Shown piece after piece: positions 63,573 to 64,000 of a stretch of 64,000 bases of DNA. The stretch comes from Prasinococcaceae sp. CCMP 1430. Its lineage: Eukaryota; Plantae; Prasinodermophyta. The notes beneath the pieces are model-generated. The model worked only from the letters and a program-made list of their open reading frames with translations. It searched no databases and was not told where the DNA came from. The translations under genes were made by a program, and so were the position numbers. The stretch is from positions 219,365 to 283,364 of the forward strand of contig RQSC01000028.1 of the NCBI GenBank assembly GCA_013416795.1. Direction: 5' to 3'. Positions within the stretch are counted from its first letter, which is position 1; the number at the start of each line of letters is the position of its first letter.

Positions 63573-64000
63573 TCATCGCCCCGCCGCGACAGCGTCGCAA
63601 GCATCCTCGAGAGAAGCATACAGCCCCACGTTGCGGGCATCCGCGAGCGCCTGCGGCAGCTTCTGGCGCGCAGGATCGGCACCGACGAATGCAAGGCGCG
63701 GGATGAAGCGGCGAAGCGTCTCGACGCACGCCGCATCGGCACTCACGACGCACTGAGCCTCGAGTTGGCGCGCCATGGAGGACACTCCCACGGCGGTCTC
63801 ACAGAAGAGCAATTCGGCATTGGCCGCGATGCCCGCGGAGTCGAGGAGCGCGCGGATGCCGAGCTCGGTCTCGTCGTCTGCGACCTGCGTCACGAGGTAG
63901 AGGGTCGCGCCAGCCGCCGCGAGCTTACCCAACGCCTCTGGCGCACCCTCCGCCACGCTGTGGTCTGCGGACAGCTCATCCACAGTGCGCTGCTCGAGCA
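63573..64000 (-). CDS. PEX22: Peroxin PEX22 (plant type), 3' part
   Basis: LYLVTQVADDETE..LLFCETAVGVSSMARQLE..LRRFIP resembles the plant PEX22 C-terminal domain. Confidence 0.75.
   Translation of the reverse strand, partial: LEQRTVDELSADHSVAEGAPEALGKLAAAGATLYLVTQVADDETELGIRALLDSAGIAANAELLFCETAVGVSSMARQLEAQCVVSADAACVETLRRFIPRLAFVGADPARQKLPQALADARNVGLYASLEDACDAVAAGR

Noticed and set aside
10100-63750. Numerous Arg/Ala/Pro-rich antisense and alternative-frame ORFs
   Set aside because: These are shadow ORFs expected at ~70% GC over real genes.
1-64000. CRISPR arrays, transposases, introner-type repeated introns, rRNA
   Set aside because: No regularly spaced repeats, TE domains, shared intron sequences or rRNA motifs were seen.

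Overview
Compact, very GC-rich eukaryotic nuclear DNA. Plastid-import genes, plant-type genes, a flagellar dynein subunit, TGTAA poly(A) signals and GTGCG/GTGAG...CTGAC...CAG introns indicate a green alga, probably prasinophyte-like (species not determinable). About 32 intron-containing or intronless genes are packed with short spacers. They encode Tic20, an M50 protease fragment, an NPK1/ANP-like MAP3K, GDT1, a Gbp2/hnRNP-M-like RRM protein, an LLPH-like protein, a SERBP1/Stm1-like protein, RPS14, mitochondrial SHMT, prohibitin, a WD40 protein, NDUFA6, S28 and S10 peptidases, a group II PLP decarboxylase, UDP-galactopyranose mutase, dynein p28, MPG glycosylase, an FAD monooxygenase, PRMT, TcdA, RGP1, DDX42, MON2, a TPR protein, TMEM184, TAF7, a sulfotransferase and PEX22. 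Four N-runs and five single-N gaps truncate several genes, and some junctions look like assembly artefacts. The best finding is an 89-aa two-exon selenoprotein missed by the ORF track: a CxxU (CRN-UGA) motif in an atypical Rdx/SelW-like thioredoxin fold, with a matching type II SECIS in its 3'UTR upstream of a TGTAA signal. Other highlights are two candidate bicistronic or overlapping same-strand pairs (FAD monooxygenase->MPG and NDUFA6->S28 peptidase), a structured ~240-nt candidate ncRNA ending in a T52 tract, unusual domain fusions (DDX42+SURP, sulfotransferase+ShKT, extended TMEM184), a Lys-repeat secreted HExxH protein, and a bacterial-type UGM. All exon boundaries were read by hand and protein identities are recognised from motifs; no searches were run.
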